From assembly GCF_006345805.1 (NCBI RefSeq), contig NC_042998.1:28520001-28584000 (forward strand): a stretch of 64,000 bases of DNA, read 5' to 3'. This document shows, piece after piece, positions 24,791 to 38,388 of the stretch. The translations under genes and the position numbers were made by a program. The notes under the pieces were generated by a model. That model did not search any database. It was not told the origin of the DNA and saw only the letters and a program-made list of their open reading frames with translations. Source of the stretch: Octopus sinensis. Lineage: Eukaryota. The first letter of the stretch is position 1. Each line of letters opens with the position of its first letter.

Positions 24791-25605
24791 TATCTCATTG
24801 CTTTCTTTGGAAAAAGCTTTTCGAAATCAAATCTCTGTGTATTTTTATATCTAGAAATATTTTTGTTCGACGTCTGTCCAATAACAAAAGCTGTGTTTGA
24901 TTTGAGCACTCTATACAATCAGATGCATCGTGTTATAAAAAATAGTATTTCTAAAGTTGGAAAAGTCTGTTTTATGAGGTCATAAATCAGTTATGTTTCT
25001 TCAACATTCGCACGTTTTTTAATCGTTACAGAAATCAAATAAATCTAACTTAATATATCTAAACAAATATTTGGTGAACGACTATTACACGTATGTTACC
25101 GGTTTGAATACAAGTTATTGTTTTCGTTTTATTATTGACGATCATAACTTAAATTACAGTTTCAGTAGAAACAAGCTGCCATTAATATAGTTTGCCATTT
25201 AATTTTGATATTTCAGTTTTGCAGATACAAACTTCTACGTCGTAAATTTGTATTCTTTGATTTTGTTGATTGTCAAAAACGATCTTGTAGCAGACAAATG
25301 ACTGCAGAGAATATGTGGCTGTTAATATATTTAATAAAAGCACACAACATTAAACATATTCGCGCTCACTTTACTGATTTCTTTTCATGCAGCATGTGTC
25401 CGTGATTATTTGTTAAAATTCTGAGCAGACGTGGCCATGTGGTAAAGGGTTTGTTTCCCAACCACATGGTTCCGGGTTTTGTCTTGCTGCGTGGTCTTTT
25501 ATTGTAGCCCAGGGCTGACTAAAACCTTGTGAGCGGATTAGGTAGGTGGAGAATGTTAAGAAGACCGCCGTGTATATGTATATGTATATATGTGGAGCAT
25601 TCAAA

Positions 25606-25803
25606 ATGTGACCGCGTGTATAGCGTTGGCGATTTTTTCCCCTCTGTCTTCCCTTCTCTGGATCTTTCCTTCTCCTGTGTTTCCGACGAAGAGCTCCGCT
25701 CGAAACGTTAAACCCTCCTTCTTTCCTGAGCGTCCAATAATACCATACTTGTTCCACGTCCTCGCGTTGTTGTGTTTTTTGTGCTTTCTTGTTTGGATTA
25801 ACT

Positions 25804-25806
<3 letters not shown>
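25606..25806 (+). mobile_element. ~200-bp hammerhead-bearing element (second copy)
   Basis: Reverse complement of 1329-1530. Confidence 0.75.
25679..25713 (+). ncRNA. minimal type-I hammerhead-like motif, U4C variant
   Basis: GUUU-CCGACGA-A-GAGC-UCC-GCUC-GAA-ACGU-U-AAAC. Confidence 0.65.
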
Positions 25807-25897
<91 letters not shown>

Positions 25898-26409
25898 CAT
25901 TTGTATTTGTACGCATGTCACCTCTTTACAATCGGCATTGGTTGGTTTACGTCAACGTAACTTAGCGGATCAGCAAGAGAAACCGATAGAATAATTGCCA
26001 GACTTTAAAAAAGAACCTAGTTCATATGCCGATTTCGTCAACTAAATCCCTTCCAGATGTTACCCCAATATGGCTAAAGTTCCATAACTGAAACAATTAA
26101 AAGATAAAAGATACTTCAGTAGTGTTTTAACATTGGTCGCAAATGTTAGAATATACTTCCCTAATGAGGTTTTATAAGACTGAAACATCCAATGTTGTCA
26201 CTACTTTGCCAAAGATGTTCCTGCACCATTTCTCGCTGCTTTCTATTTACAATTAATTTAAATTATTTAAATTTCGTAGTTGTCTCTCGTATCAAATTGC
26301 TTAATTATTCAGATAATTACCTTTCTTCAGTCTGATAGGTGTAATTTAATTACAATTTCCTGTTTCACTATATTATGCAGATTAGCATACTATTTACTAA
26401 TAATCTTTT

Positions 26410-26980
26410 TTACTCTAGGCATAAGACTCGCAACTTTTGGGGAGGGGGCAGTCGATAAGATCGACCCCAGTATGCAACAGGTACTTAATTTATCGACCCC
26501 GAAAGGATGAAAGCTAAAGTCGACCTTGGCGGAAATTGAACTCAGAACGTAAAGACAGACGAAATACCACTAAGCATTTCGCCCGGCGTGCTAATGTTTC
26601 TTATTTCTTTATTGCCCACAAGGGGCTACACACACAGGGGACAAACAAGGACAGACAAACGGATTAAGTCGATTAGATCGACACCAGTGCATAACTGGTA
26701 CTTAATTTATCGACCCCGAAAGGATGAAAGGCAAAGTCGACCTCGGCGGAATTTGAACTCAGAACGTAAAGATAGACGAAATACCTATTTCTTTACTACC
26801 CACAGGTAGAGGAGACAAACAAGGACAGACAAACGGATTAAGTCGATTACATAGACCCCTGTGCGTAACTGGTACTTACTTTATCGAGTCCGAAAGGAAG
26901 AATTCGGCGGAATTTGAACTCAGAGCTTATCACTAAGCATTTCGCCCGGCTTGCTAACGCTTCTGCCAGCTCGCCGCCTT
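26410..26980 (-). mobile_element. nested/tandem SINE A cluster
   Basis: Three to four family A bodies. Confidence 0.85.
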
Positions 26981-28402
26981 CCTTTTTACTAATAATACTA
27001 GAGCAATGTATAATTTTTAACTTTGGTGATCATTTTGAGAAAATGTCTATATTAAATTGCTTGCAAAATGTTCAAGGCGCCCAACATTGAATGCACATAT
27101 GATTTTAGTCTTGATAAAACTCTATTCAATACGCATTAAATAGCTATTTCCAATTGTCTTTACTTGATACTACCAGTTTGTTTCCCCATAGTCATCAGCA
27201 AACGTTAATCTCTAAAATCATTATCCTCTTTCGAACAATCTACATCGTATAAATTTACCCATATAAACACTGATCGTATCACCTTATATTAGAATTTCTT
27301 CCAAATGTGTTCTATATTTAATTGATTTTTGTTAATTCAAATTTGCAGTTGTCTCCCTTGCCTTTTTTTAATTACCGGAATCAAATAACATAATTTGGTT
27401 TATTCCATCAAGTGTGTCAGACCACTTAACTGTTGACCTAACTCAATTTAGTAGAAACCTGTTCTTAGAAAGTTGAGAACATTTGCAAAGATTTATTGCC
27501 GCATAGTTCAGAAAAGACTTTGCTAATATCCAGATGGGTTTTTAAATTGATCAAATATATAGATTTATAGCTCAACTTTGTTTAACATTGGTAACGGAAT
27601 AAAGTTTAAGTAGCTAATTGGTTATAAAGAAACATGATTGATATCTTTCAAGAGACAGACGAGATGTAAAAATACTTTCATGATTTATTTTAATTCGAAG
27701 AGAATAACATGATTGTGGTTATCTTTGCCCCTTTCTCGCTATTTTCATCCTTTAAATTACGAGAGAGCGGATCATTCTGGTTGTTAAATTGATATAATTA
27801 ACAGTTGGTGGACGGCGCTAAATATCGACAGTAAAATTGACTTCAACATTCTGGTTGGTATTCACCTTTTGTTTCAGAAAAGGAGAGAATCATACTGAAG
27901 TTTAACTGATATAAACGCTGCAGAAGACATAAAAATAAATCAGAGCAAAATTTGGGTAAATTACTATTATTATATTAAAGATATGTTGCCACGGAACATA
28001 GATGGCATCCGTTCAATTAATGTTGAATCACCATTACCTACCAGAAGCTATATTCTAAATCCTTTATCGTTTTTTATGGATATTACTTCGGATGATATTT
28101 AATTTTCTTTATCTAGCGTTTTTGAATGCTAAACTGCTAATTTTATTAGGTATTATGTTCGTGAGGCGACAAATGTTTTTATAACAGTAATTTCCTACAT
28201 TCATTTTATATTTAGTTCTCGTGATCACGAACATTCAAAAAAAAAATTTTGATAAAACAAGCAACATTGCTCTTGTGATATAAGTTATCATCTGCTTGGA
28301 GAATGCATATTGATATCTATCTGGATAAACTTTGAGCTTTACAGAAACACAATACGCAGTATAGCTTATGAACACTAACGCGGTTATGGTATGACCAGTA
28401 AA

Positions 28403-28804
28403 ATGGCGGCGAGCTGGCAGAAACGTTAGCACGCCGGGCGAAATGCGTAGCCGTATTTCGTCTGCCGTTATGTTCTGAGTTCAAATTCCGCCGAGGTCGA
28501 CTTTGCCTTTCATCCTTTCGGGGTCGATAAATTAAGTACCAGTTACGCACTGGAGTCGATGTAATCGACTTAATCCGTTTGTCTGTCCTTGTTTGTCCCC
28601 TCTGTATTTAGCCCCTTGTGAGTAGTAAATAAATAGTTATGTTCTGAGTTCAAATTCCGCCGAGGTCGACTTTGCCTTTCACCCTTTCGGGGTCGATGAA
28701 TTAAGTACCAGTTACGCATTGGGTTCGATGTAATCGACTTAATCCGTTTACCTGTCCTTGTTTGTCCTCTCTGTGTTTAGCCCCTTGTAGGTAGTAAAGA
28801 AATA
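28403..28804 (+). mobile_element. SINE A dimer with 15-bp TSD
   Basis: ggtatgaccagtaaa at 28388-28402 and 28805-28819. Confidence 0.9.
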
Positions 28805-29697
28805 GGTATGACCAGTAAATTCTGCTGCAGTTGTCTCTACCAGGTCTGTTTGGGTAGAGATGGATATACCAGTCATTCACAAACTTGTTATTGTTTCTGT
28901 TGTTCTGTCTTGCGACGACTCGCGTTCACATCATATTTACTGTTCCCACTTGAATCAGTTTCGTTTCACTTTGATAATATAATTGAAAAAAAAACAACAA
29001 ATTTTCTCATTTTCTACCCATTTGAAACAGGCCGTCCTTTCGTATTCTTTAAATATTTTCATTATTCACTTTTGCTCCCAATCTCAGTGGTGGATGCGGG
29101 GTTGTTGTCCTAGTTGCTCGGGCAACACCCTTTCTAACCGCACTGTTGCAAATAAATTAACATAACATTGTTATTTTATTTCCAGCAGTTTCACAGCATT
29201 ACTGTTTCATATGGATATCGTCTGCTACAACAAAGTTAGAATACATAACAGTGGGTCCATTTGTTACCAGTTGCGATTCTCACCTTAAATTGTTGCTTTT
29301 TCGAAACACCCAAAATAAATGGAATATGTGGACTTATGTAGCAGTTTAACAACAATTTGCTGAAATGAAACAGGATTTGCTCTTCAACCGGATACACTTA
29401 GTCCGATTTGCAATGGTCAACAGTCAAAAGAGAAAAAGACGTTTACAGACAAACGAAATTAGATAATGGAAAAGAAAAAAACAACATACGTAGGCTTCTG
29501 GCTTTGAGGGTTATATTAGCACGTTGGACCTTTAACATAAGTTCTACAGTTCTATTGGAATTAGACCAGCAGAATCTAAACAAAAGCAACAAAACAAGGA
29601 GTCGCGTGTCTTTTTATGTTTGTGTGATATCAAGTACTGATGACTGAAAAATAAGGGGCTGAAAGTAATGAAAGATTATATGGACGAATAATAGAAA

Positions 29698-30127
29698 GGA
29701 GAGGTGGCTGTGTGGTAAGTAGCTTGCTTACCAATCATATGGTTCCGGGTTCAGTCCCACTGCGTGGTACCTTGGGCAAGTGTCTTCTACTATAGCCTCG
29801 GGCCGACTGAAGCCTTGTGGCTGGATTTGGTAGACGGAAACTGAAAGAAGGCCGTTGTATATATGTATATATATATATATTTATATGTATGTGTGTGTAA
29901 ATGTTTGTGCGTTTCTGTTTGTCTCCCTCCTCCCCAACATCGCTTGACAACCAATGCTGGTGTGTTTACGCCCCCGTAACTTAGCGGTTCGACAAAAAGA
30001 TCCGATAGAATAAGTACTAGGCTTACAATGAATAAGTCCTGGGGTCGATTAAAGTCCTGCTCGACTAAAGGCGATGCTCCAGCATGGCCGCATTCAAATG
30101 ACTGAAACAAGTAAAAGAGTAAAAGGG
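29698..30127 (+). mobile_element. SINE family B, full length
   Basis: Family B pattern. Confidence 0.88.
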
Positions 30128-30129
30128 AT

Positions 30130-30133
30130 TAGA

Positions 30134-30230
<97 letters not shown>
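30130..30230. repeat. (GATA)n/(GACA)n microsatellite
   Basis: Direct reading. Confidence 0.95.
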
Positions 30231-30231
<1 letters not shown>

Positions 30232-30604
30232 TGTTTCTTTATTAGCCACACAGGGCTGCACACAGATAGAACAAATTACAAGGTAGAGCTTTTCTTTTGA
30301 AGGTTTAAAAAAAAAAAAAAAAGGAAGGGGGACTTTCGATCAAAAGGGATCGTAAAAGGAGAGAAAGAGGACAAAAAAAGGGGGGTTAAAAAAAAGGGGG
30401 AGAGGAAAAAAAAATTGATCAATAGGGATCGTTATCACAGAAATGTCAATATGAAGTGTAAAGGGGAGGACAGGTGAGGTTTACCCGTGGAAAGAAAAGC
30501 CTACGGAAAAGACCACGGTAACCTCGGTGAATGAAGTCACATTTTATATTTCTTTTTTTTTTTTTTTTTGCAAATAAGCAACTCTCTGTTTTCGATTTCT
30601 GGGT

Positions 30605-31876
30605 TCATAGGACTATGCTCAAGGTGGCTTCGTCATTCATACGTGCCATTCTTGCTACATTCACCCATCTTTTTTTAAAACATTCGCTAGACAAAACTTG
30701 CCTCTCTACTCTCACTTTCCTTTTCAAGTGGTACTTGAAGAAGTTGATGAGAGATTGACCAGAGAGGAAAGTGTTTGTCTCCAATCCTTTCAGACGCGTC
30801 CACCAGATACATTCTTTCGCCATAGCCACAAGGATGATGAAAATAGCTCTTCCTTCCCGTTTGAAGGAAGGAGGCGTGACAATATTGACGATAGACTCAG
30901 CTGATAAACCGACTCGTCCCACACGTGACAGCAGTTGTTCGACATAAGCCCACAGGTCGGAAATTGTTGGACACTGAATGAGTGCGTGCAGAACGGTTTC
31001 GTCGCTCTGACCGCATCTCGGGCAGGTCGGCCCCGTGTTTCTCGAGCCGTGTCTGTAGAGCTTATCCCGAACGGGTAGCGCTTCTCGGTAGCACTGCCAG
31101 GCCAGGGATCTCTGGAAGTTGTCCATGGGCCCTGGCCCGAAAGTCGTCCCGAACAGGCGGGTCAGGTACTCCTCGTCGACGTCCAGGTTCGCCCCGAGCT
31201 CGTCGTCGTACCTCCCCTCCACTAAACCCCTATAGAATGCTTTGGTTGTGTTGAAGTCACTTAAGGTCGACCCAGGACGGCAGAGTTGCTTGAGAGCAAC
31301 GCGACACTCGCGGTGCCATTCGCCCTTCCTCGGCCTCTTTTTGATCCACGACTGCAGTTCGGTCATGGAGACGAGCTGCGGGAAAGCGTGCCTCACAAAC
31401 GGCGACCACACCTGTTCACCGTCGTCTACATAGAGCCAGAGATGTCGCAGTCTCAGCGCGTGTCTGCGCATCATCAACCACGGCATGCCCAGCCCTCCTT
31501 TTAACGGGTGTTGACAGCAAATGGATCGCTTGACCATCGGGACGCATCCTTTCCACAAGAAGCGAAAGAGGATGCGTTGTAGTTTGGTGATGGTAGGGTC
31601 GGGACAAGGTACGACGGTCAGGCGGTAGTAGATGACGGACGCGATGTACGTGTTCGCCACCTCCGCTCGACCTTTTAGGGACAGTTTCCTCTCGGCCCAT
31701 TGCCGGGCGAGAGTGACCACCCTACTCGTTATCTCGTTCCAGTTCTTCTCCACTTGGAGGTCCGGACCAAACCAGACCCCGAGCAACTCAACCGGGCCGT
31801 CGGTCCAGCGTCCCACGACGGAGGCGCTGGTGGACGGCATGGGCTTGCTTCTCCAGGTGCCTAGTCGCAAGCCCAC
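30605..31876 (-). CDS. LINE ORF2 C-terminal part (RT thumb to CCHC), 423 aa open
   Basis: ORF track; continues from the RT frame after a frameshift near 31884. Confidence 0.85.
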   Translation of the reverse strand: MGLRLGTWRSKPMPSTSASVVGRWTDGPVELLGVWFGPDLQVEKNWNEITSRVVTLARQWAERKLSLKGRAEVANTYIASVIYYRLTVVPCPDPTITKLQRILFRFLWKGCVPMVKRSICCQHPLKGGLGMPWLMMRRHALRLRHLWLYVDDGEQVWSPFVRHAFPQLVSMTELQSWIKKRPRKGEWHRECRVALKQLCRPGSTLSDFNTTKAFYRGLVEGRYDDELGANLDVDEEYLTRLFGTTFGPGPMDNFQRSLAWQCYREALPVRDKLYRHGSRNTGPTCPRCGQSDETVLHALIQCPTISDLWAYVEQLLSRVGRVGLSAESIVNIVTPPSFKREGRAIFIILVAMAKECIWWTRLKGLETNTFLSGQSLINFFKYHLKRKVRVERQVLSSECFKKRWVNVARMARMNDEATLSIVL

Positions 31877-32268
31877 TGACTTTTCCGGTTGATTTTCGCT
31901 CCTGTCACCGCTTCGTAGTTTTTCAGTGTCTCGCCGACCAGCTCGATGTGCTCGTGGCTAGACACTATGACGGTGACGTCGTCCGCGTATGCAGACACGC
32001 TCGTCCCGCATCCCAATTCTCGCGGGATGCCCCTTAGAGTCGCCAGCTTCCGCAGTAGTGGCTCAAGAGTCAATACGTATAGAAGCGCCGAGAGGGGGCA
32101 TCCCTGACGGACCGAACGTGCAATGTCGAAAGGTCTCGATAGATGTCCATTTACGCGAATTACCGAACGGATGCCTCTGTACAAGGCAGCTATCCAGCCG
32201 CGGAAGACGGGACCGAAACCAGCCGCTCTCAGGACTGCCTCCAAGTATCGATGGTCTACCCTATCAAA
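31861..32268 (-). pseudogene. LINE ORF2 reverse-transcriptase core fragment
   Basis: QGCPLS and YADD motifs; upstream part of the called ORF is microsatellite read-through. Confidence 0.85.
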
Positions 32269-32962
<694 letters not shown>

Positions 32963-33479
32963 TAGAGGTGGGGAGAGCAAGACAGTGAGAAAGAGAGAAA
33001 AATATCGTGGATATCCTTATATACATTGTATAACATAAATATGCAGGATTACGTCTATAGCGCTAGTTATTAGAAGACGATGCTCATCTGTTTAATCAAT
33101 TAAGCTTACATAGTAAGTTAATGTTATTTCTATAGATATTCTACAGAATATTCTGCTAGCACTGATTTTTGTTACAAAGTTTCCTATTGAGACGTCAGAT
33201 ATAAACAAACAATGAGATCGAAAACAAAATCGAGTGAATTGCTATTATGAAGTCAAGGTGTAAAAGAAATGAAATATTGCTTGTAATAGTATGCATAAGA
33301 AGAACAATCTAGAATATCAGGTGTATGTTTCTCATTTCTGTCATCCCCAATCTCATCAGCCTCAAGACAGAAAAGGAAAAGAATATTCTTGTTCACTACA
33401 GGTTACATTCTCTCGCATTTTCCAAATTGCATTTTGATATTCTGGCCGATACCACGTTTACAGAATTGTGGTAGTGAGC

Positions 33480-33910
33480 TACCAAGCCTTCTCAAACATC
33501 ATATGCATGAAACTATTCTACTTCTATGACACGGCGTACAAAGGTTTTTATTTCACTCATTAAGGAACTCTTATACACTGACGATTGAAATCTAGTCAGT
33601 CATTGTGAAACGGGCCTGCAATCCCTTGTATCTGCATTTGACTCAGCTTGTGATGATTTTGGCTTGACCATCAACTTGAAAGAAAAACAGTTGTGATGTA
33701 TCGACCTGAACGTGGTGCTGTTTGCAATTCATCTAAAATTTTCGTTAAGGATAAGTTACTTAAGATCGTTGATTCTTTCATCGACCTCAGAAGCTCTGTA
33801 CAAAGTGACGGAGATCTAGACACAGAAATACATCTCCAAATTCAAAGGGCAGCAGAAGCATTTGGTAGCTTGGAGTCACACATTTGGTATCAATGACATA
33901 TAAATTGGCT
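33480..33910 (+). mobile_element. decayed RTE-clade RT fragment
   Basis: IKELLYTDD, FGLTINL, EIHLQIQRAAEAFGSL..IW. Confidence 0.75.
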
Positions 33911-34309
33911 GTAGCATAACGCCTTCTAAGCATCATTCTTCAGCTTCACTTGACTGTCAGCACGTGTACATTATCACTAAATGCAAAAAACAATCTCTGA
34001 TTCTACCACTCTGATAACACCCTTATCCTTGTTAAAAGTTTCGATCATTGTTTGGTTACAAGAGTCTATTCCAACGAGTGGTAAAAGTAGGTGGTACCAA
34101 TCCACAGCCAGCTGTTTTAAGTTTTCACCGATAACCGTAACACACATACATGCACGCACGTGTTACCAGCATCTTCGCTCTGCTAAGTGTCTCCCTTTTC
34201 GATGAGATTATGTACGCGACCCGTTCAGCCAGCCCTCACAAGAGACTTTCTTTCCCAACCTGGAAACGCACTGGTAGTCTCTCGCTGATAAGAATTTCCC
34301 CGTAAGTTC

Positions 34310-34778
34310 TTCTACATTCGCAAAGCCTTCAATTGTTTACTTGTGTAGAATTTCTACATTCGCAAAGCCCTCAGTTGTTTACATGTGTAGAACTTCTACA
34401 TTCGCAAAACCTTCAATCTTTTTTATGTATGTAGAACTTCTACATTCGCAAGGCCTTCACTTGTTTACGTATGTAGAACTTCTACATTCGCAAGCCTTCA
34501 ATTGTTTACGTGTGTAGAACTTCTACATTCGCAAAGCCTTCAATTGTTTACATGTGTAGAACTTCTACATTCGCAAGGCCTTCAATTGTTTACATGCGTA
34601 GAACTTCTACATTCGCAAGGCCTTCAATTGTTTACATGTGTAGAACTTCTACATTCGCAAAGCCTTCAATTTTTTTATGTATGTATAACTTCTACATTCG
34701 CAAGGCCTTCAATTGTTTACATGTGTAGAATTTCTACATTCGCAAAGTCATTAAATGTTTACATGTGTAGAACTTCAG
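34310..34778. repeat. 42-bp minisatellite, ~11 copies
   Basis: Unit ttctacattcgcaaagccttcaattgtttacatgtgtagaac. Confidence 0.95.
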
Positions 34779-35851
34779 GTAGAACACACCAAATAAAGTA
34801 TTAGTTGATGAAAATTGTATTAGTAATAAGTGTCTTAAATTTGCAAGTGATATAAATTGTTATATACGTGAACAGAAAATGGAAATTTTTTAATGAAAAG
34901 ACCTTATTTTTTCTTTTTCATTTTGTTCCTTTCGTTGCCAATATATGGCAGACTTTATCCGTGCTGTATTGCATTAAACATCGCTACATTAAACAGGTAT
35001 TTAAGTTCATTCATTCCATCATAATATTGGGTTGTATTCATTTTTCAGTTAGTGTAAAGTTAATTATGTTAATTTATATTAATATCACAGATGCAATAAA
35101 TTTATATTGATTAATCTCAGCGATGCGTCTCACGTATGAACGTTTGTCCAACATCTAACAGCTTGATTGTGGCAGAGCTTCAACTTATAATCCAGATGCT
35201 ATGAATCAATTAAATTGACAGCTCAGTCATCGAATATGCTATGGCATTTATCATACCGTTTTACTTTTAACAGATTATGGAATTATAATTGGAATATTCA
35301 TAATTAACTAAATACCATGATACTCCTTAATGTCTGAAAAAATAATTAACGATGAAGAAGTAATTTTGATTTCAATCTTAATTCCAGTTTCAGACGTGGG
35401 CGTGAGTCTAAGAAGTTGGTTACATAAACAGATTGTTCCAGATTCGATCTCAGCCTGCAGCAACCTGGGTGTCTGCGTTCTACTGTAAAGGCGGATTGAT
35501 CAATGTCTTGAAAGGGAAATTTATCAGAGGGGAAAGCGTTTTATATATACATATGTATGTATGTATGTATGTGTGTATGTATGTATGTATGTATGTATGT
35601 ATGTATGTATGTATGTGTGTATGTATGTATGAATGTATGTATGTATGTATGTATGTATGTATGTATGTATGTATGTATGTGTGTGCGTCAGTAGCCATCT
35701 GGAAAAGATGTTTTCCTGGAGCTAAAAAAAGGTAGCAACATCGTCCTAACCAGGACTGCCAATGCACGTTGGCAAATAGATTTTACACTGTAGTACTGTT
35801 ACTGCTTACATCTCGCTCAGAGATTTAAAACTAAATGTTTTCCTAAAATGC

Positions 35852-35897
<46 letters not shown>

Positions 35898-35944
35898 TAT
35901 ATATATACTCACACACACACACGCACACAAATATATATATAGGG

Positions 35945-36110
35945 AGAATTCATGAAAAAACAAAAGACGAAGACAGGTGGTGTAGAAAACAAACAGATAT
36001 ATTAGTATAACGCTCGGGAATTGAAAAAGTCTTTTAGGTTTCGAGCCTACGCTCTTCCACAGAAAGGAACACAGAAAGAAACAAGGAGAGAAAAAAAGGA
36101 GAGAAAAAAT
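35945..36110 (-). mobile_element. ~165-bp (TA)n-embedded element with degenerate hammerhead-like motif (36031-36066)
   Basis: CUUU-CUGUGGA-A-GAGC-GUAG-GCUC-GAA-ACCU-A-AAAG. Confidence 0.5.
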
Positions 36111-36289
36111 ATATATATGATTAGAAAATAGAGAAAACAACAGACTAACTAGCACATCAATTGGACCACATTTATAGCTTATTTTTTAATACAAAGCATG
36201 TCATAACAAAATAGGTGACGTAACATATCTTACGGCCGTTACTGATCGGATTGCCAAAATGCAGTCTATAAATAACATGCGAGAATAAA

Positions 36290-37930
36290 GTTCTTCATCT
36301 TCATAGGGCATTCGAAATTAAGGCAATGGATCTTCATCAGAGTAAAAAACAAGAACATACAATATAAACAAAAGGAAGAAAGAAAGAAATCATGGCTTAG
36401 GCAAATAGTCTAGAAGCCTACTATATGTTAAAAGCAAATAATTTACCATCAGGGGCTACAGGGTCGGTAGGTAAGAGAGTGAGCTAGCAATGGTCTAGGG
36501 AATACTACAATTTATTTAACGGGTAGGAGCAATTAGAAGTGGGGAGTCCGGATGATATCCTGACGCTATTAAGAAGTTATCAAGAAACTATATATAAGGA
36601 ATATATTAGCATGATTATCAAAGGGCTGTATCTATGCTAACGGAGTAAAACTCAAGTAAAAGTAAGCAATTATCGTAGGGGGCTAAAGAAAAAATTTACT
36701 CACAGAAATACTCACAGAAATACCGTGAGTCCCACTTATGGACGACAAAGGGGCAAGTATCGGTCTCTACAATTGGTCAGTTACAATTTGAACCTAGGTC
36801 ACAAGTTAAAACCGTTGCAAAGGATTTGTTTATAAAATAAACAAGAAAAGAAAAAGGGAAAAGATACGGGGATAAGTCAATGACTAGATCGTGTGGGGCC
36901 GTTTATGATCTTCAACATCATAACGATATAGGGAAGAATTTAGGGAATCTTCGGGGTAGTGGTTAAGGAGAGGCAACAAGTACTGGTAGTTCAGAGGTTC
37001 AATGAAAACTGGGGAATGAAATTGGGCTAATCGTCGTATATAGAGAATTGGAGCAATAATTAGGTATATACAGGTATGCAAGAAAAATTAGTCTCATAGG
37101 TGCTCTACGATGCACAAATAAAATGTCACTTACAATTAGGCGGGTAATATTTAAAGCCAAGTCACGTGCTGAAATAATATCAAATAATGAAACTCCCTAG
37201 TTGTCAACAATGTCTTAATTAAGTTTCATAAGCATTACATTGTCATTATAGTATATAGTTCCTATTATTATAAGACAATTTAAAAGGAATATAATGGCAC
37301 CAATGGGTACAATTAATGCCGGGTCCACAGGTAGATTGGGACTTTGAGAAATGTTACTTTGAATCAAGCAATTTACTAAGTATGTCTAAAAAGCAAAAAT
37401 AAATGCCCTAAGATAAGAGACAAATACTAATCATCAAAATTATAAACAAAGGTTTTATTAACTCCAAAAAAATACTGGTGGATATAGAGTACAATAAAGT
37501 AGAGAAAAAATATAAAGCATATAAGAATAACAGGAAAAGGATGGAAAAATCAAACATGGCGGATATATTGTTCACATGTATGTAGGGCTAATAATGTACA
37601 ATAAAATGGGGGAAGAGCAGTGAGTGGAGGAAAGAACAATGAGTTAGTAGCGAAGATGAGTCCAAATTCCAGCAAGTGTCGACAAATACATCCAGGTTAC
37701 AAAAGGTGTTAGAGGGTAACCTGATATAAAAGGTGTTAGAGAGTAAAGAAAGGAAGCAAAGTGGGAGAAGCTAAACTTGAAATTTAAATAATATTTGGTA
37801 TATGAAGTGGTTATAGGGGTAAAAAAAAAACTTATGGTAGAAAACCTAAGATCTTTGTGTTCTCGGATCAGTTATAGAAATAAAAGGCGCAATGAAAGGG
37901 GGTTAACTGATGATAAAATGGGGGAAAGGT
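36290..37930 (-). mobile_element. possible heavily decayed Penelope-like retroelement
   Basis: Relics needing frameshifts: YxDD-like ..AGIWTH (~37690), CN-x-P..TCPF (~36760), terminal VAPDG (~36460), then CUGAUGA-A..GAA motif at ~36301-36343. Confidence 0.4.
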
Positions 37931-38149
37931 TAGTTGGTGTAAGAAATAGTATATACGGATATTTTATCCCTTAGTCGGTTACTACCACCGCTAAATTTGT
38001 TTACACACACACACACACACACATGGCACTGGCAACGACTTCGCTCGAATCTTTTTACACGTGCCACCGGCACAGGTGCCAGTGAAGCGACGTTGGTAAC
38101 GATCACGCTCAAATGGTGCCCTTTTACGTGCCACGGGCACGGAAGCCAG

Positions 38150-38388
38150 TTATATATATATGTATATGTGTGTGTGTGTATGTGTTTCTGTGTTTGTACC
38201 CCACCATGGCTTGACAACCGATGCTGGTGTGTTTATGTCCCCGTCACTTAGTAGTTCGGCAAGAAAGATCGATTAAATAAGTACTAGGCTTACAAAGAAT
38301 AAGTCCTGGGGTCGATTTGCCCGACTAAAGGCGGTGCTCCAGCATGGCCGCGGTCAAATGACTGAAATAAATAAAAGAATAAAAGAAT
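38150..38388 (+). mobile_element. SINE B 3' half
   Basis: Family B tail. Confidence 0.8.

Larger units (their letters stand above)
25428..26110 (+). mobile_element. diverged SINE B split by an insertion in its internal (TA)n
   Basis: 5' half 25428-25572, 3' half ~25913-26110. Confidence 0.65.
30231..32268 (-). mobile_element. 5'-truncated Tx1/L1-clade LINE inserted in (ATCT)n
   Basis: FDRVDH, RQGCPLS, YADD, C-terminal CPRC..HALIQC; 3' end AATAAAGAAACAT joins (ATCT)n directly. Confidence 0.88.

Noticed and set aside
34310-34778. AATTTCTAC/GTGTAGA resemblance to a Cas12a repeat; 100-aa repeat ORF
   Set aside because: Units are head-to-tail with no unique spacers; ordinary minisatellite
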